Part shown: one piece after another, positions 41,432-51,554 of the stretch
Layout: each line of letters opens with the position of its first letter
How positions within the stretch are numbered: position 1 is the stretch's first letter
DNA from: an uncultured Candidatus Rokubacteria bacterium
GTDB taxonomy: Bacteria; Methylomirabilota; Methylomirabilia; Rokubacteriales; DASRDR01
Direction: 5' to 3'
DNA: 64,000 nucleotides
Assembly (NCBI GenBank): GCA_963708025.1
Contig: CAVPSB010000016.1
Location: forward strand, 192,001-256,000
The notes under the pieces: model-generated
The model's database searches: none
Told to the model about the DNA's origin: nothing
The model's input: the letters and a program-made list of their open reading frames with translations, nothing else
Program-made: the position numbers and the translations under genes

Positions 41432-42256
41432 TCAACCGGCCTTCCGGGCGAGGGCCTCGACGTGAATGAAGGCCCAGAAGGCGTCGGGATGGACAGCCCA
41501 GGCCCGGAACGCCGCGGCCATCGACTCGAGATCCGCACGGGACGCGTATCCGTACTCGACCGCGCGCTCGCCCATTGGGGAGGTCAGCAGGCGTTCAGCG
41601 TAGGATTCTCCCCACTCCACGGTCTCGCTGCGCGTGGCATAGCACCACACCGCTGCCGTGACCCGGACGTCCATCACACCGGCGGCGTTGAAGAGGGCGC
41701 GGAGCTGCCGGCCCATCCGGGGCTCGCCGCCGTTTCGATACCACGTTTTCAGGTGGACCTCGACGAAGCGGTCGATCCAGGGGTCAACTGGCCAGTACGA
41801 CGCGGTGCCCCAGTCAACGTCCCGAATGGCGATGAAACCACCGGGCCGCACGACACGAAGCATCTCGCGTAGCGCAGCCCCGGACTCGCGAAGATGTTGG
41901 AACACCTGATGGGCGTAGGCGACGTCAAACGAGGCATCCGGGAAGGGAAGTTCGTAGACGCTTCCCTCTTCGTACTGTAGGTTCGCGAGACCCCGCGCCG
42001 CCGCGTCTTGCCGGGCCGCGGCCAGCGTCTCCCGGGAGAGGTCAAGGCCGACCACTCTCCCGGGGGTGAGCCGTTCGGCCAGACCCCGAGTGATGCTCCC
42101 GGGCCCACAGCCAACGTCGAGAAGCCGCATCCCGGGCCGGAGCTCGGGCAGGAGGAACGCCGCGGCCTCCTCGGCCGTCCGCTGGGCGTGCTGGCGCACC
42201 GTCGCAGGGGCATGCCCGTGCGTGTATGTTTCGTGCGTCACCGGCTCGCTAGCCAT
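41432..42256 (-). CDS. Class I SAM-dependent methyltransferase
   Basis: LLDVGCGPG, LPFPDASFD, VVRPGG. Confidence 0.9.
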   Translation of the reverse strand: MASEPVTHETYTHGHAPATVRQHAQRTAEEAAAFLLPELRPGMRLLDVGCGPGSITRGLAERLTPGRVVGLDLSRETLAAARQDAAARGLANLQYEEGSVYELPFPDASFDVAYAHQVFQHLRESGAALREMLRVVRPGGFIAIRDVDWGTASYWPVDPWIDRFVEVHLKTWYRNGGEPRMGRQLRALFNAAGVMDVRVTAAVWCYATRSETVEWGESYAERLLTSPMGERAVEYGYASRADLESMAAAFRAWAVHPDAFWAFIHVEALARKAG

Positions 42257-42494
42257 GCTCTGATGAGTCCGCGGGCAGTCAACATCGTGCCCTGTTCTCG
42301 GCCGGCGTCCCGGGGAGCTGCCCGGGGGCCCGTCGTCCTGCCCGGGGGGCTGGCGGACGAAGTCCCTGCGGCCCGATGGTGCGTGGCCGGCAAGGGCTGT
42401 GTCAAGGGCACGACCCCGAGCGAGGTGGCACCTGTCGGTGCCCGGCACCCTCCCGACGCAGGCGCCGCCAAGCAAGCGGGGTCCCGGCCGAGGG

Positions 42495-42598
42495 GCTCGA
42501 AGCGCCGCAGCAGCTCGACGCCGAACACCTCCCGGTAGAAGCGCTGCATGCCGTCGACATCGCACCCGCGCAGGACCACGTCGCCGAGGCGTCCATGC
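42495..42598 (-). pseudogene. VOC/glyoxalase N-terminal fragment
   Basis: RLGDVVLRGCDVDGMQRFYREVFG. Confidence 0.5.
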
Positions 42599-43929
42599 CT
42601 ACTCCGCCCACAGCTCGATCGGCGTGTCGCGCCCGCGCAGCGCGTGGGGCCCGCGGCTCGCCAGCCCTTGCAGCAAGCCCAGCTCCGCCGCTTCGCGCTC
42701 GATCGCCGCCACCAGCGCGCCACTGGCCACGATGCGGGCGTCGAGGTCGCGGGTCAGCGCCTGCAGCCGGCTGGTGACGTTGGTGGTGTCGCCGACCGTG
42801 GCGTAGGCCATGCTGCGGCGGCTGCCGATGTCGCCGGCCACCACCGGGCCGTAGTGCAGGCCGAGCCCCATCCGCAGGGGGGCAGCCCGGCCGCGTCCCG
42901 CTCGCGGTTCCATCCCGCCAGCGCGGCCAGCATGCCGCGGGCGCAGGCCAGCGTGTCGGTGGCGTCGCGGCGGCCGGTGTCGGGGACGCCGAACGTCGCC
43001 AGCAGCGCGTCGCCGATGAACTTCTCCAGGCAGCCGCCGTGGCGGAACACGACCTCCTCCATCCGGCCGTGGAAGTCGCGCAGCAGGGCCATGACCTCCT
43101 CCGGCGTCATCTCCTCCGCCATCGTGGTGAAACCCACCAGGTCGGCGAAGAGCACGCCGACCGCCTGCCGGCGCACGCGGCCCAGCGGCTCGTCGCGCTC
43201 GGCCAGCGTGTCCACCACCTTGGGCGAGAAGTAGCGGGCGAGGTTGCCGCGGGCGCGCTCGGCCTCGACCCGCTCGGCCACCAGCGCGCGCGATCGCCGG
43301 ACGAGGAGCGCCAGGCCGGCGCTCACCAGCAGGAAGACGATGATCTCGTTCTGGTACTTGAGGACCGAGGCGTAGTTCGGATCGAAGTACGCGGCCAGCA
43401 TGGCCGCACGGCTGCCGCTGCCGGGCGGGTCGGTGAGGGTGCCGGGCCGGGTCACGATCCACAGAAAGCCGACCGTCCAGGCGCCGACGCCGCACAGCCC
43501 CGTCCACAGCAAGAGCCGCGGCCGGAACGAGAACGCCGCCTGCATGAGGAGGACGAAGAAGTACATGAAGCTGGCGTAGCGCAGCGGCATCGCCAGCGGC
43601 AGGTCCAGCGTGGCGAAGGGATTCGGGAGCAGGAGGACGGCCGCGAGCGCCAGCGAGTCCACGAGAGTGAACAGGTAGGCGGCGAGCAGCGGGGCCAGGC
43701 CGCGGAGGTAGAGCCAGAACTGGGCGAGCCCGGTGACGAGGAAGAAGGCGGCGGTGCCGAGCACCCACGCGAAGGCCAGGCCCCGCTCCGGGTTCGACAG
43801 CGCGAGCCACCCGACGATGATCGCCACCGCCGCCGAGCGCGCGCCGGCCGCCAGCATCAGGCCCCGCCGCTCCTCGCGCGCGAAGGCCGTCTCCAGGCGC
43901 GCCCGGGCTCCGAGGTCGCCGTCGCTCAC
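42599..43929 (-). CDS. Membrane adenylate/guanylate cyclase (frameshift ~42885)
   Basis: TM region; LFADLVGFT, KFIGDA, GLHYG, GDTTNVTSRL. Confidence 0.88.
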
Positions 43930-45105
43930 CGCTTCTTCGGCGGGTGCGCGCGGACGGCGGCCTCGTTCGACGTCGGTTCCCCACCCCGGCCGCGTGGGAA
44001 GCACCAGGTGGCCGTCCTCGATGTCGGGCGGGTGGGTCACGAGGTCGTCGTACCAGGGCACGACGTCGGGGTCGATCTCCATGATCCGCAGATTCGGGAC
44101 CACGGCGCAGAAGTGCGCGTTCATGAGCGTGGCCAGGTGGCCGTAGAAGTTGTGCGGCGCCACGTTGACCTCGTAGGCGTCGGCCATGGCCGCGATCTTC
44201 GCCGACTCGGCCACGCCGTTCCAGGGCGTGTTGACGATCGCCACGTCCACCGACTGCTCCTCGAAGTAGGGCCGGTAGTCCCGGCGGCCGAACAGACACT
44301 CGCAGGAGGCGACCGGGATCGTCGTGCGCGAGCGGATGTAGTGCAGGGCCTTCGGGTCGCGCGTGTCGATCTCGATCCAGAAGATGTCGAAGGGCTCGAT
44401 GGCGCGCGCCACCTTGAGGAAGCCCTCGGTCTTGAAGTTGAAGTTGAGGTCCACCAGGATGTCCACGTCCGGCCCGGTGCCCTCCCGGAACGCGGCCAGC
44501 TGCTCGCGGATGGCCCTGAGCACGTGGCGCTCGGCGTTCAGCGCGGGGTAGCCGGGCCCCCGGCGCGCGAAGCCGGGCGAGTGGAGATACGGGTCGGCGC
44601 CCAGCACGAACACGTTGGTCTTGAGCGCCGAGTAGCCGCGACTCACGACCTCCTTGCCGGCGTTCACGCAGTCTTGCAGTGTCCGCAGGGGCGGGATCTG
44701 CATCTCATTCGACCACTGGAGGCGATACGTCCCGCAGTGCGACCAGTAGAGCCGGATGCGGTCGCGCACGGGCCCCCCCAGCAGCTCGTAGACCGGCACC
44801 CCCAGCGCCTTGGCCTTGAGGTCGAGGAGCGCGTTCTCGATGGCGCCGATCGCCTGCTGGATCACGCCGCCGGCGGCCTGGCGGCGCACCGCGTAGAGGT
44901 GAGTGACGATCGCCTCGTAGGCGCGCGGGTCCTTGCCCACCACGAACGGGGCGAGGCCATCGATCACCGCCGACACGCCGAGGCCGCCGAACGACTCGTT
45001 GTACTCGCTCCAGCCCACGAGGCCGTCGTCGCTGGTGAGCTTCAGGAAGTCGAAGTTGCGCTGGCCGGCGTCGGCGTGCAGGTGCTCCATGGTCGCGATC
45101 TTCAT
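43926..45105 (-). CDS. Mandelate racemase/muconate lactonizing enzyme family (frameshift ~43968)
   Basis: ENALLDLKAK.LGVPVYELLGG, APHN, PTRPGWG; corrected end NEAAVRAHPPKKR-stop. Confidence 0.88.
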
Positions 45106-45139
45106 GAGCGGGCCTCCCGGCCGGAGCGTGGGGCCTGGG

Positions 45140-45954
45140 GACCCTGCCGGCCCTGGCCGCGGCGCTGGCCCGCGGCGAGCTGTCCTACGCCAAGGTCCGC
45201 GCCCTGACCCGCGTCGCCACGCCGGAGACCGAGGCGCGGCTGCTCGCGGTGGGCCGGGCCGGCACGGCCGCCCACGTGGAGCGCATCGTGCGGGGCTGGC
45301 GGCGGGTGGACCGGCTGGCCGAGGCCCGGGAAACGGCCCGGCAGCACGTGAGCCGGTCGCTCCAGGTCTCCCCGGACGAGGACGGCATGGTGGTGATTCG
45401 CGGCCGGCTCGAGCCGGAGGCGGGCGCCCTGCTGATGCGGGCGCTGGCCGCGGCCCGCGACACGCTGTACCAGCAAGCCCGGGGCGCGGTCCCGGTCGCG
45501 ACCGACCCGCCCGTGGAGCCCCCGACGGCAGCGCAGCAGCAGGCCGACGCGCTGGCCCTGCTCGCGGAGAGCGCCCTCCACCACCGCCTCGATCCCGGGG
45601 CCCCCGGCGAGCGCTACCAGGTCGTGGTCCACGTGACGCCCCGTGCGCGGGGGTGGGTCTAGGGCGAGTAGGGTAACGGCCAACCGCCTCACAAGCCCTT
45701 TTCCGATGGGCCGGATGCTACGCCCGCCGCCCCGGGCGGTCAACGGCGAGAGTCAGATTCGACCCGAGCGGCGCCACTTTTCGCTTGACAGGTCCCGACG
45801 GGGCGACCGGCCGGGTCTCGAGGAGCTTCGCCTCGGCCCGTGGACGGCCTGCCCGGAGTGGCACGGGGAGCGCCTCGACCTCGGCTGGGCGCTCGACGTC
45901 TTGCATCCCCTGGCCAACCCGCTCACCCCGGCGAGCCACGGCGCGGCGCCCTGA
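45140..45954 (+). pseudogene. DUF222/HNH element remnant with internal deletion
   Basis: ARGELSYAKVRALTRVATPETE...GRLEPEAGA...QQQADAL; tail WHGERLDLGWALD; HNH core absent. Confidence 0.7.
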
Positions 45955-46117
45955 CACAGGGCGGCCGCGGAGACCGCGTGGAGGTCGTCTCCGGGGCCCG
46001 CCCGCCGCCGAGGCCCTGGGCCCGAGCAGACCCAGCGGCGCCCGGTCGCCGCCGCCTCCCGGACCTCGCTCGCGACGTCGTCGAGCTCATGCGGTCTCAC
46101 GCTGGCCGTCACGTCCA

Positions 46118-47284
46118 TCATCGGCTGCTCTCCATGGCCTTCGCCACCGCCACCAGCACGGCGTCGCTGCCGGGCGGGCCGAGAATCGACAGCCCGACCG
46201 GCAGCCCGTTGACGTGCGCGCCTGGAAGACTCACTTGCGGCACACCCGTGAGACCACCGTGTGAAGTCAGGCAGCTGATCCGCGCGCGCAGCGGATCGAG
46301 CGTCCCGAGCGAAAGTCCCTTCCGGGGCGCGGGGAATGGCGTGGTGGGCAGACATAGGATGGTTCCGGGTGGAAGCAGCCAGGTGAGACGCGCTCGCGCC
46401 TCCGCGCGCATCAACGCCGCCCATTGGCGATCGCCTTCGGGAATCGTGCTGGCCAGGGCCAGGCCGCGGGCCACATTGAACTGCAAGCGCGGGTTGTCGC
46501 GATCGATCCACTCCTTGAACGTGAGCCAGGCCTCGTGCGCCTGCAGCGTGCGCTGCGCCCGCGACCACGTTGACAAGCCGGGCGGCGCCAGGAGATCTTC
46601 GCGAGCGTTCCGCACCAGCGCGGAGAGCCTGTGTACGACCGGCCGGAGGGCCGCGGCGGTCTCGGCATCCGCGAGGCCGAAGGCGTTGACCGCCACCACA
46701 AGCCTGCTCGGCAGGGTACCCGGGATGGCCTCGCCGAGCAGCACCTCCGAGACGCGCGCGAAGGAGTCGGCGTCGCGCGCGAACCATCCCGCCGTGTCGG
46801 AGCTCGGCGCCTGCGGCATCATGCCGCCGAGATCGAGCCGGCCGTGGGTGGGTCGGATGCCATAGAGTCCGCAGAAGCTTGCCGGGACGCGAACGGATCC
46901 GCCGCTGTCGGTGCCCAGCGCCGTATCGCACAGCGCCTGGGCCACAGCCGAGGCCGAGCCCGACGAGGATCCGCCGGGCACGCGCTCGGGCGCCCTGGGA
47001 TTGAGTGGCGTGCCGTCGAACGGGTTCTCGCCGAGGATGCCGAGCGACACCTCATCGGTGATGGTCTTGCCGATCAAGGTCGCACCGGTATCGAGCAAGC
47101 GCTGCACCACCCAGGCGTGGCGCGTCGGGACCGGATTCTGCCGCGCCCAGTCCGGATTGCCCCCGCCCGTCGGATGGCCGGCGACGTCGAAGAGATCCTT
47201 GGCGGCGAAGGTCAAGCCGGCCAGCCGACCACCTGGTGCACCGGCGATGCGTATCGGCGGGCCCGCGACGAAAGGGCTGCTCAA
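46118..47284 (-). CDS. Amidase signature family protein
   Basis: AKDLFD, PGGSSSGSA, GTDSGGSVRVPAS. Confidence 0.92.
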   Translation of the reverse strand: MSSPFVAGPPIRIAGAPGGRLAGLTFAAKDLFDVAGHPTGGGNPDWARQNPVPTRHAWVVQRLLDTGATLIGKTITDEVSLGILGENPFDGTPLNPRAPERVPGGSSSGSASAVAQALCDTALGTDSGGSVRVPASFCGLYGIRPTHGRLDLGGMMPQAPSSDTAGWFARDADSFARVSEVLLGEAIPGTLPSRLVVAVNAFGLADAETAAALRPVVHRLSALVRNAREDLLAPPGLSTWSRAQRTLQAHEAWLTFKEWIDRDNPRLQFNVARGLALASTIPEGDRQWAALMRAEARARLTWLLPPGTILCLPTTPFPAPRKGLSLGTLDPLRARISCLTSHGGLTGVPQVSLPGAHVNGLPVGLSILGPPGSDAVLVAVAKAMESSR

Positions 47285-47369
47285 TGGCTGAGCGCCTGCG
47301 CGTCTGACGCGATCTCGACCAGCTCCAGTGCTTCGCGGCTCGGCCTTTCGATCATGACCGCGCATGGGT

Positions 47370-47487
47370 GGCGGCGATGAGGTCGGGGCCGGCGGCGTGC
47401 TTGTCGATGAAGCCGTGCGCGCCCGCGGCGAAGCGCCCCGGCGGCCCCGGCGTGGTCGTCAGCGAGCAGTACGGTCGCGCGGCGCAT
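47370..47487 (-). pseudogene. Response regulator receiver fragment
   Basis: MRRATVLLADDH; GFIDK in an adjacent frame. Confidence 0.45.
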
Positions 47488-47689
47488 CCAGAGCCTCGGA
47501 CAGCGGCACCACGATCTGGTTCTCGGTGACTCGCTGGCGTTCGGTGTCGATGGTCAGGCGTTCCCTCGCCAGGCGGAGTCGGTCCCCGTGAGTCACGCGC
47601 CTCCGCCGGCCGCCATTATAGGTTGACTCAGAGGCTGTGAACCAATACCGGCGGTCCAATTCCCTCCGGTTGACTTCGCTACAATCACC

Positions 47690-47865
47690 GGGTCGTCGTG
47701 TACCTGAACGGCGAGCGGGAGATCTCCCCCGCCACCCGCAGTCGCGGGGCCGGCGGGAAGGGCGGGGCGACGGCCTCGATTTCGCCGACGTGCGGGGCCA
47801 CGCGCACGCCAAGCGTGGCCTCGAGATCGTCGCCGCGGGCGCGCAGAATGTGCCGATGGTCGGGA
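47690..47865 (+). pseudogene. ComM/YifB Mg-chelatase-like fragment
   Basis: LDFADVRGHAHAKRGLEIVAAG..NV.MVG, ending at the Walker A position. Confidence 0.65.
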
Positions 47866-47997
47866 CAGTACCGACCGAAGCGGGAAGCCGGTTCGTTCTG
47901 ACCGTGAATCCGGAGAGATAGGCAGGCAGGGCCGTGTTTTCTTCCGGTCCGGGCCCCCGGTGGAGTAGCGTGGAAGGCGCAGGGGGCGAACGAGGCG

Positions 47998-48210
47998 ATG
48001 AACGGTCGGGACGTCATCACCACGCTGGTCGGTCTCATGGTGGCCGGCGTGCTCGTCTGGTCGGTGACGGCGTGGGTTTACACGTCGGCGACGACGCGCG
48101 TCTCCGGCACCCTCATCGGCCTCATGATGGGCGGGTTCCTGCTCTGGGGGCTCGCGTGGCGGCTGGAGCCTCGCGTCACACCGCCCCACGGGAGGCCGAG
48201 GCTCCCGTGA
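47998..48210 (+). CDS. Small 2-TM membrane protein
   Basis: GAGG RBS; two hydrophobic helices. Confidence 0.5.
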   Translation: MNGRDVITTLVGLMVAGVLVWSVTAWVYTSATTRVSGTLIGLMMGGFLLWGLAWRLEPRVTPPHGRPRLP

Positions 48211-48395
48211 TGCGCGGGCGCCGAAGTGGGGGATCTGAACTCCTCGGTCCGTGAAAGAGACGCAGTACGAGTTTTGCCTCTGGAAGTTCTTAGGGAAAAC
48301 CCCCGTCAGCCACGCCCGCCGCTCGGGCGTTACAATTCTGTTCATAGAGACCATGAAGCAGATTCTGGCCGGGTCCCGAGCCAGGGGAGGCAGAC

Positions 48396-49766
48396 ATGAG
48401 AGCCGAAAACCCGCCCGCCCGGATCGATGCATGGGCGAGACTCTTCTCAACCGGCGCGGATCCCGGACGGTTGTGGCTGGGCCCGTCACAGCGGGAGGCC
48501 CTGGCAGAGCTGAAGGCCGCGGTCCTCCGGAGAGAGCCGCTTCTCGTGCTGACCGGGGACGTGGGGACAGGAAAGACGATACTGGCCGCCGCGCTGCTGG
48601 GTGACCTCGGCGATGCGGCGGGCGCCACCGTCCGGCCCTACCCGGGGCTCAAGCCGGCCGACTTCCGTGCCATGATCGCGGAGGCGTGGGGGCTCGAGGC
48701 TGGAGATGGGAGGCGGCCGCCTTTCATCGTGCAGCTCACTCGATTCCTGAGCCAAGCGTCCGGATCCCGGGCGGCACTGATTGTCATTGACGAGGCTCAA
48801 AGCCTGACCGCCGACCTCCTGGCCGAGATCGAGGCTGTGCTCACAATCGGCCGAGGGGACGGGCACGATCGGGCCAGCCCGCTGAGCGTGCTGCTGGTGG
48901 GACAGGATGACCTCGGCCCGCGGCTGTCGGAGCTCCAGGGTGGCAGGCTGCTCCGGAGAGTCCGCGTGAGCTTGCGCCTGCGCCCGCTCAGCGAGGACGA
49001 AGTCGCCGAGTACGTCCGGCATCAATTGAAGGTGACTGGTGCCGAGCGGCCCGTGTTCACGGCGGACGCGATTCGCGAGATCGCCGCGGTCTCGCGCGGG
49101 ATTCCGCGCCTCATCAACACGCGGTGCAATCTCGCGCTGTGGCAAGGGGCCCGCCAGGGCGTCGACGTGATCGACGCGCCGCTCGTCAGGGCGTCCTCCG
49201 AGGAAAGGCCTGGGCCACCCTGCGGGGCCGCCCGGAACTCCGTCGTCCGGGCGTCGGCTCACTCAGAAACCAAGAGGCCGTGGTCGCTGCCGCTCGACGA
49301 TTCGACTCGGCGATGGGTCGCGCTAGTGGCGGTGCTCGCGCTGCTCCTATTCGCCACCGGCGGATACCTGTATTCCGGAACCCGCGCGGGGGCTCGGCGA
49401 TCCGAGACCCCGCCGTCACGGCAGTCGAGCCCGGCGGTATCCTCGCAGACGCCCGGGCTGTCGTCCGATCCGAGCCCGACGGCGATCGACTCGGGCGTCG
49501 GCACGATCCCGGTTCAGGAGCGCTCGGACACTCCGCTGCCGGCGCCCCCCGCGTCGCCCCCCCTGGCGGCGAGCCCTCAGGCGAAGCCCCCGAAACCAGC
49601 CGGGCTGGCCACAGTTGAGCGAGCGGCCAGCCGCGCGACCGAGGCTCCCGAGGAAGCCGGTCGGCGCACGCCCGGCACCGCAGCCGCGGACGCGGACGCG
49701 GAAGGCGGCGACGATCCCGGCGCCATCATCGACTGGCTCCTGAGGGAGTCCCCGGCGCGGCGATAG
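48396..49766 (+). CDS. ExeA/GspA-like AAA ATPase with TM and Pro-rich tail
   Basis: GDVGTGKT, IDEAQ, LVGQ, GIPRLIN. Confidence 0.88.
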   Translation: MRAENPPARIDAWARLFSTGADPGRLWLGPSQREALAELKAAVLRREPLLVLTGDVGTGKTILAAALLGDLGDAAGATVRPYPGLKPADFRAMIAEAWGLEAGDGRRPPFIVQLTRFLSQASGSRAALIVIDEAQSLTADLLAEIEAVLTIGRGDGHDRASPLSVLLVGQDDLGPRLSELQGGRLLRRVRVSLRLRPLSEDEVAEYVRHQLKVTGAERPVFTADAIREIAAVSRGIPRLINTRCNLALWQGARQGVDVIDAPLVRASSEERPGPPCGAARNSVVRASAHSETKRPWSLPLDDSTRRWVALVAVLALLLFATGGYLYSGTRAGARRSETPPSRQSSPAVSSQTPGLSSDPSPTAIDSGVGTIPVQERSDTPLPAPPASPPLAASPQAKPPKPAGLATVERAASRATEAPEEAGRRTPGTAAADADAEGGDDPGAIIDWLLRESPARR

Positions 49767-50481
49767 GCGCGCGGCCGCCGCGCTCAGGGCGGGGTGCGGG
49801 CGCCGTCAGGCCGAGACCCGCGGTTCGGACGAGCGCCCCGCCGGTCCCGCGCGCCGGGCCGACCGGTGGGATCGCCGCGAGCTACGCGATCCAGACGGGC
49901 GTGGGTGCAGACTCTTTCATCTTGACGACGTGTCGGCAGACGCAAGCGACTGTTCGAACCTCGTAGAACCTGGAAGAAATTCACCGTCGCGCAGCGCGGC
50001 TCAGCCGGAGCGCGTCCCTCGACCCGATCGCCGTCCCGCTGAAGGGGTCGAGGACGCGCTGGGGCTCCGGGTCGGCCGGCAAGCGCAACTGACCGGCCCG
50101 TTGACGCCCGGTCGTCGCCCTGGATAGATTCCCGTTGACCACTCGAACTAGCCCAAGAGGCTAGACTGGCACGAACCAAGAGTTCACGCCCGAGCGGCGC
50201 CGGTTGGCGTACGACCAAGGTCCAATGACCCCGGCAAGAGGATCTCGCTATACTTGTACGTGGCCCCGACACTGGCGTCGCTGTCTCCTTGGTTTTCGGG
50301 CCATCAGATGGGTGCCGTGGGGTTCAAGTGCAACGAGGAGGACACCCCACCAATGAAGCGGGTGGAGCGGGAACGCGGCGTCTTGGTGCGGGACAATGGC
50401 ATACCATGTCAGAGTCGGCCGGATCCCCGGTCGAGCTCGAGGGAGCCGAGAGCGCGCCGGGCGCGCACACGAGGAAGGAAT

Positions 50482-51192
50482 ATGCGCACGCTACTGCGAC
50501 GCGGGACGAGGACCGTCATCACGACGTTGGCAATCGGGGTCCTGGCGGTGGGGCCGCCCCTCGCCTCGGCGGACGACGCTGCCGAGGCTCGGGAGCTCGT
50601 GGAGAAGGCGCGGCTGACCATCGAGAAGTTTACCACCGACCCCGCCATGAGCGGCTTCCGCGATGCGGTCAAGCGCGCGCGGGGCGTGTACGTGGCGCCG
50701 CAGGTCCTCCGGGGCGCGTTCATCTTCGGGGCGTCGGGAGGCAGCGGGGTCCTGGTCGCCCGGGACGAGTCCGGCCGGTGGTCCGGCCCGGCCTTCTACA
50801 CCATCGGGGAAGCCAGCTTCGGGCTTCAGGCCGGCGGCGACGCCTCCGAGATGGTGCTCCTTGCTCTGACCGAACGGGGAGTGACCAAGCTCCTGGCGCC
50901 CAGCGGCAAGCTCGGGGCCGACGCGAGCGTGGCGGCCGGCCCGGTGGGTGCCGGCGTGACCGCCGAGACGGCCGGGCTGAGCGCCGACATCGTCAGCTTC
51001 TCCCTGGCCAAGGGCCTCTACGGCGGCGTGTCGGTGGAGGGATCGGTGGTCGGCGTCCGCGAATCCCTGAACCAGGCCTTCTACGGCAAGCCGGTGTCGC
51101 CCACCGACATCCTGATCCGGCGGACGGTGCCGGCGCCCCCGGCGGCGGCCGGCCTGATCGAGGCCGTCGCCAAGGTCGCGGGCGGAAAGTAG
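50482..51192 (+). CDS. Lipid-binding SYLF (Ysc84) domain protein
   Basis: Signal peptide; GSGVLVAR, SFGLQAG, KGLYGGVSVEG. Confidence 0.9.
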   Translation: MRTLLRRGTRTVITTLAIGVLAVGPPLASADDAAEARELVEKARLTIEKFTTDPAMSGFRDAVKRARGVYVAPQVLRGAFIFGASGGSGVLVARDESGRWSGPAFYTIGEASFGLQAGGDASEMVLLALTERGVTKLLAPSGKLGADASVAAGPVGAGVTAETAGLSADIVSFSLAKGLYGGVSVEGSVVGVRESLNQAFYGKPVSPTDILIRRTVPAPPAAAGLIEAVAKVAGGK

Positions 51193-51321
51193 AGCACTCC
51201 GGCGACTGAGAGTCAGCGGGACGAGCTAAGTCGGCTGGTCGCCCGCGTCTGCACAGTCCTGACGGGCGCCGAGTTCAGTGGCTCGCCGGAGATGATGGCG
51301 GTGCGCCCAAGGGGAGGTGTC

Positions 51322-51546
51322 TCAGCCGCGCTTGGTGATCCTCCCAACCACCTCTACGCGCACCGGAACGTCACCAATGCGCTCCGGCGCCGACACGCCC
51401 GCCGGCAGCGGTTCCCGCAGGTTCACCTTGAGTGCATAGTCCTCGCCCACCTTGGTGATCCCCACCCCCACCACGCCGGGCAGAGCGGCCAGCAGCGCCT
51501 TGGCGGAGTCCTTCGCGGCCCGTGCCTGTTCGAGGCTGATGGGCAT
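51322..51546 (-). CDS. 74-aa protein resembling a Nal1-like protease N-terminal domain
   Basis: PGVVGVGI...IGDVPVRVEVVGRI; AGGA RBS overlapping the protease stop. Confidence 0.65.
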   Translation of the reverse strand: MPISLEQARAAKDSAKALLAALPGVVGVGITKVGEDYALKVNLREPLPAGVSAPERIGDVPVRVEVVGRITKRG

Positions 51547-51554
51547 GCGCCGTC

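Noticed and set aside
42754-45105. Apparent enolase-family/adenylate cyclase fusion (783 aa)
   Set aside because: One extra base near 43968 bypasses the natural stop; correction gives two genes with a GTGA overlap
50165-50182. sigma54 promoter (TGGCACG)
   Set aside because: No TTGC at the -12 position
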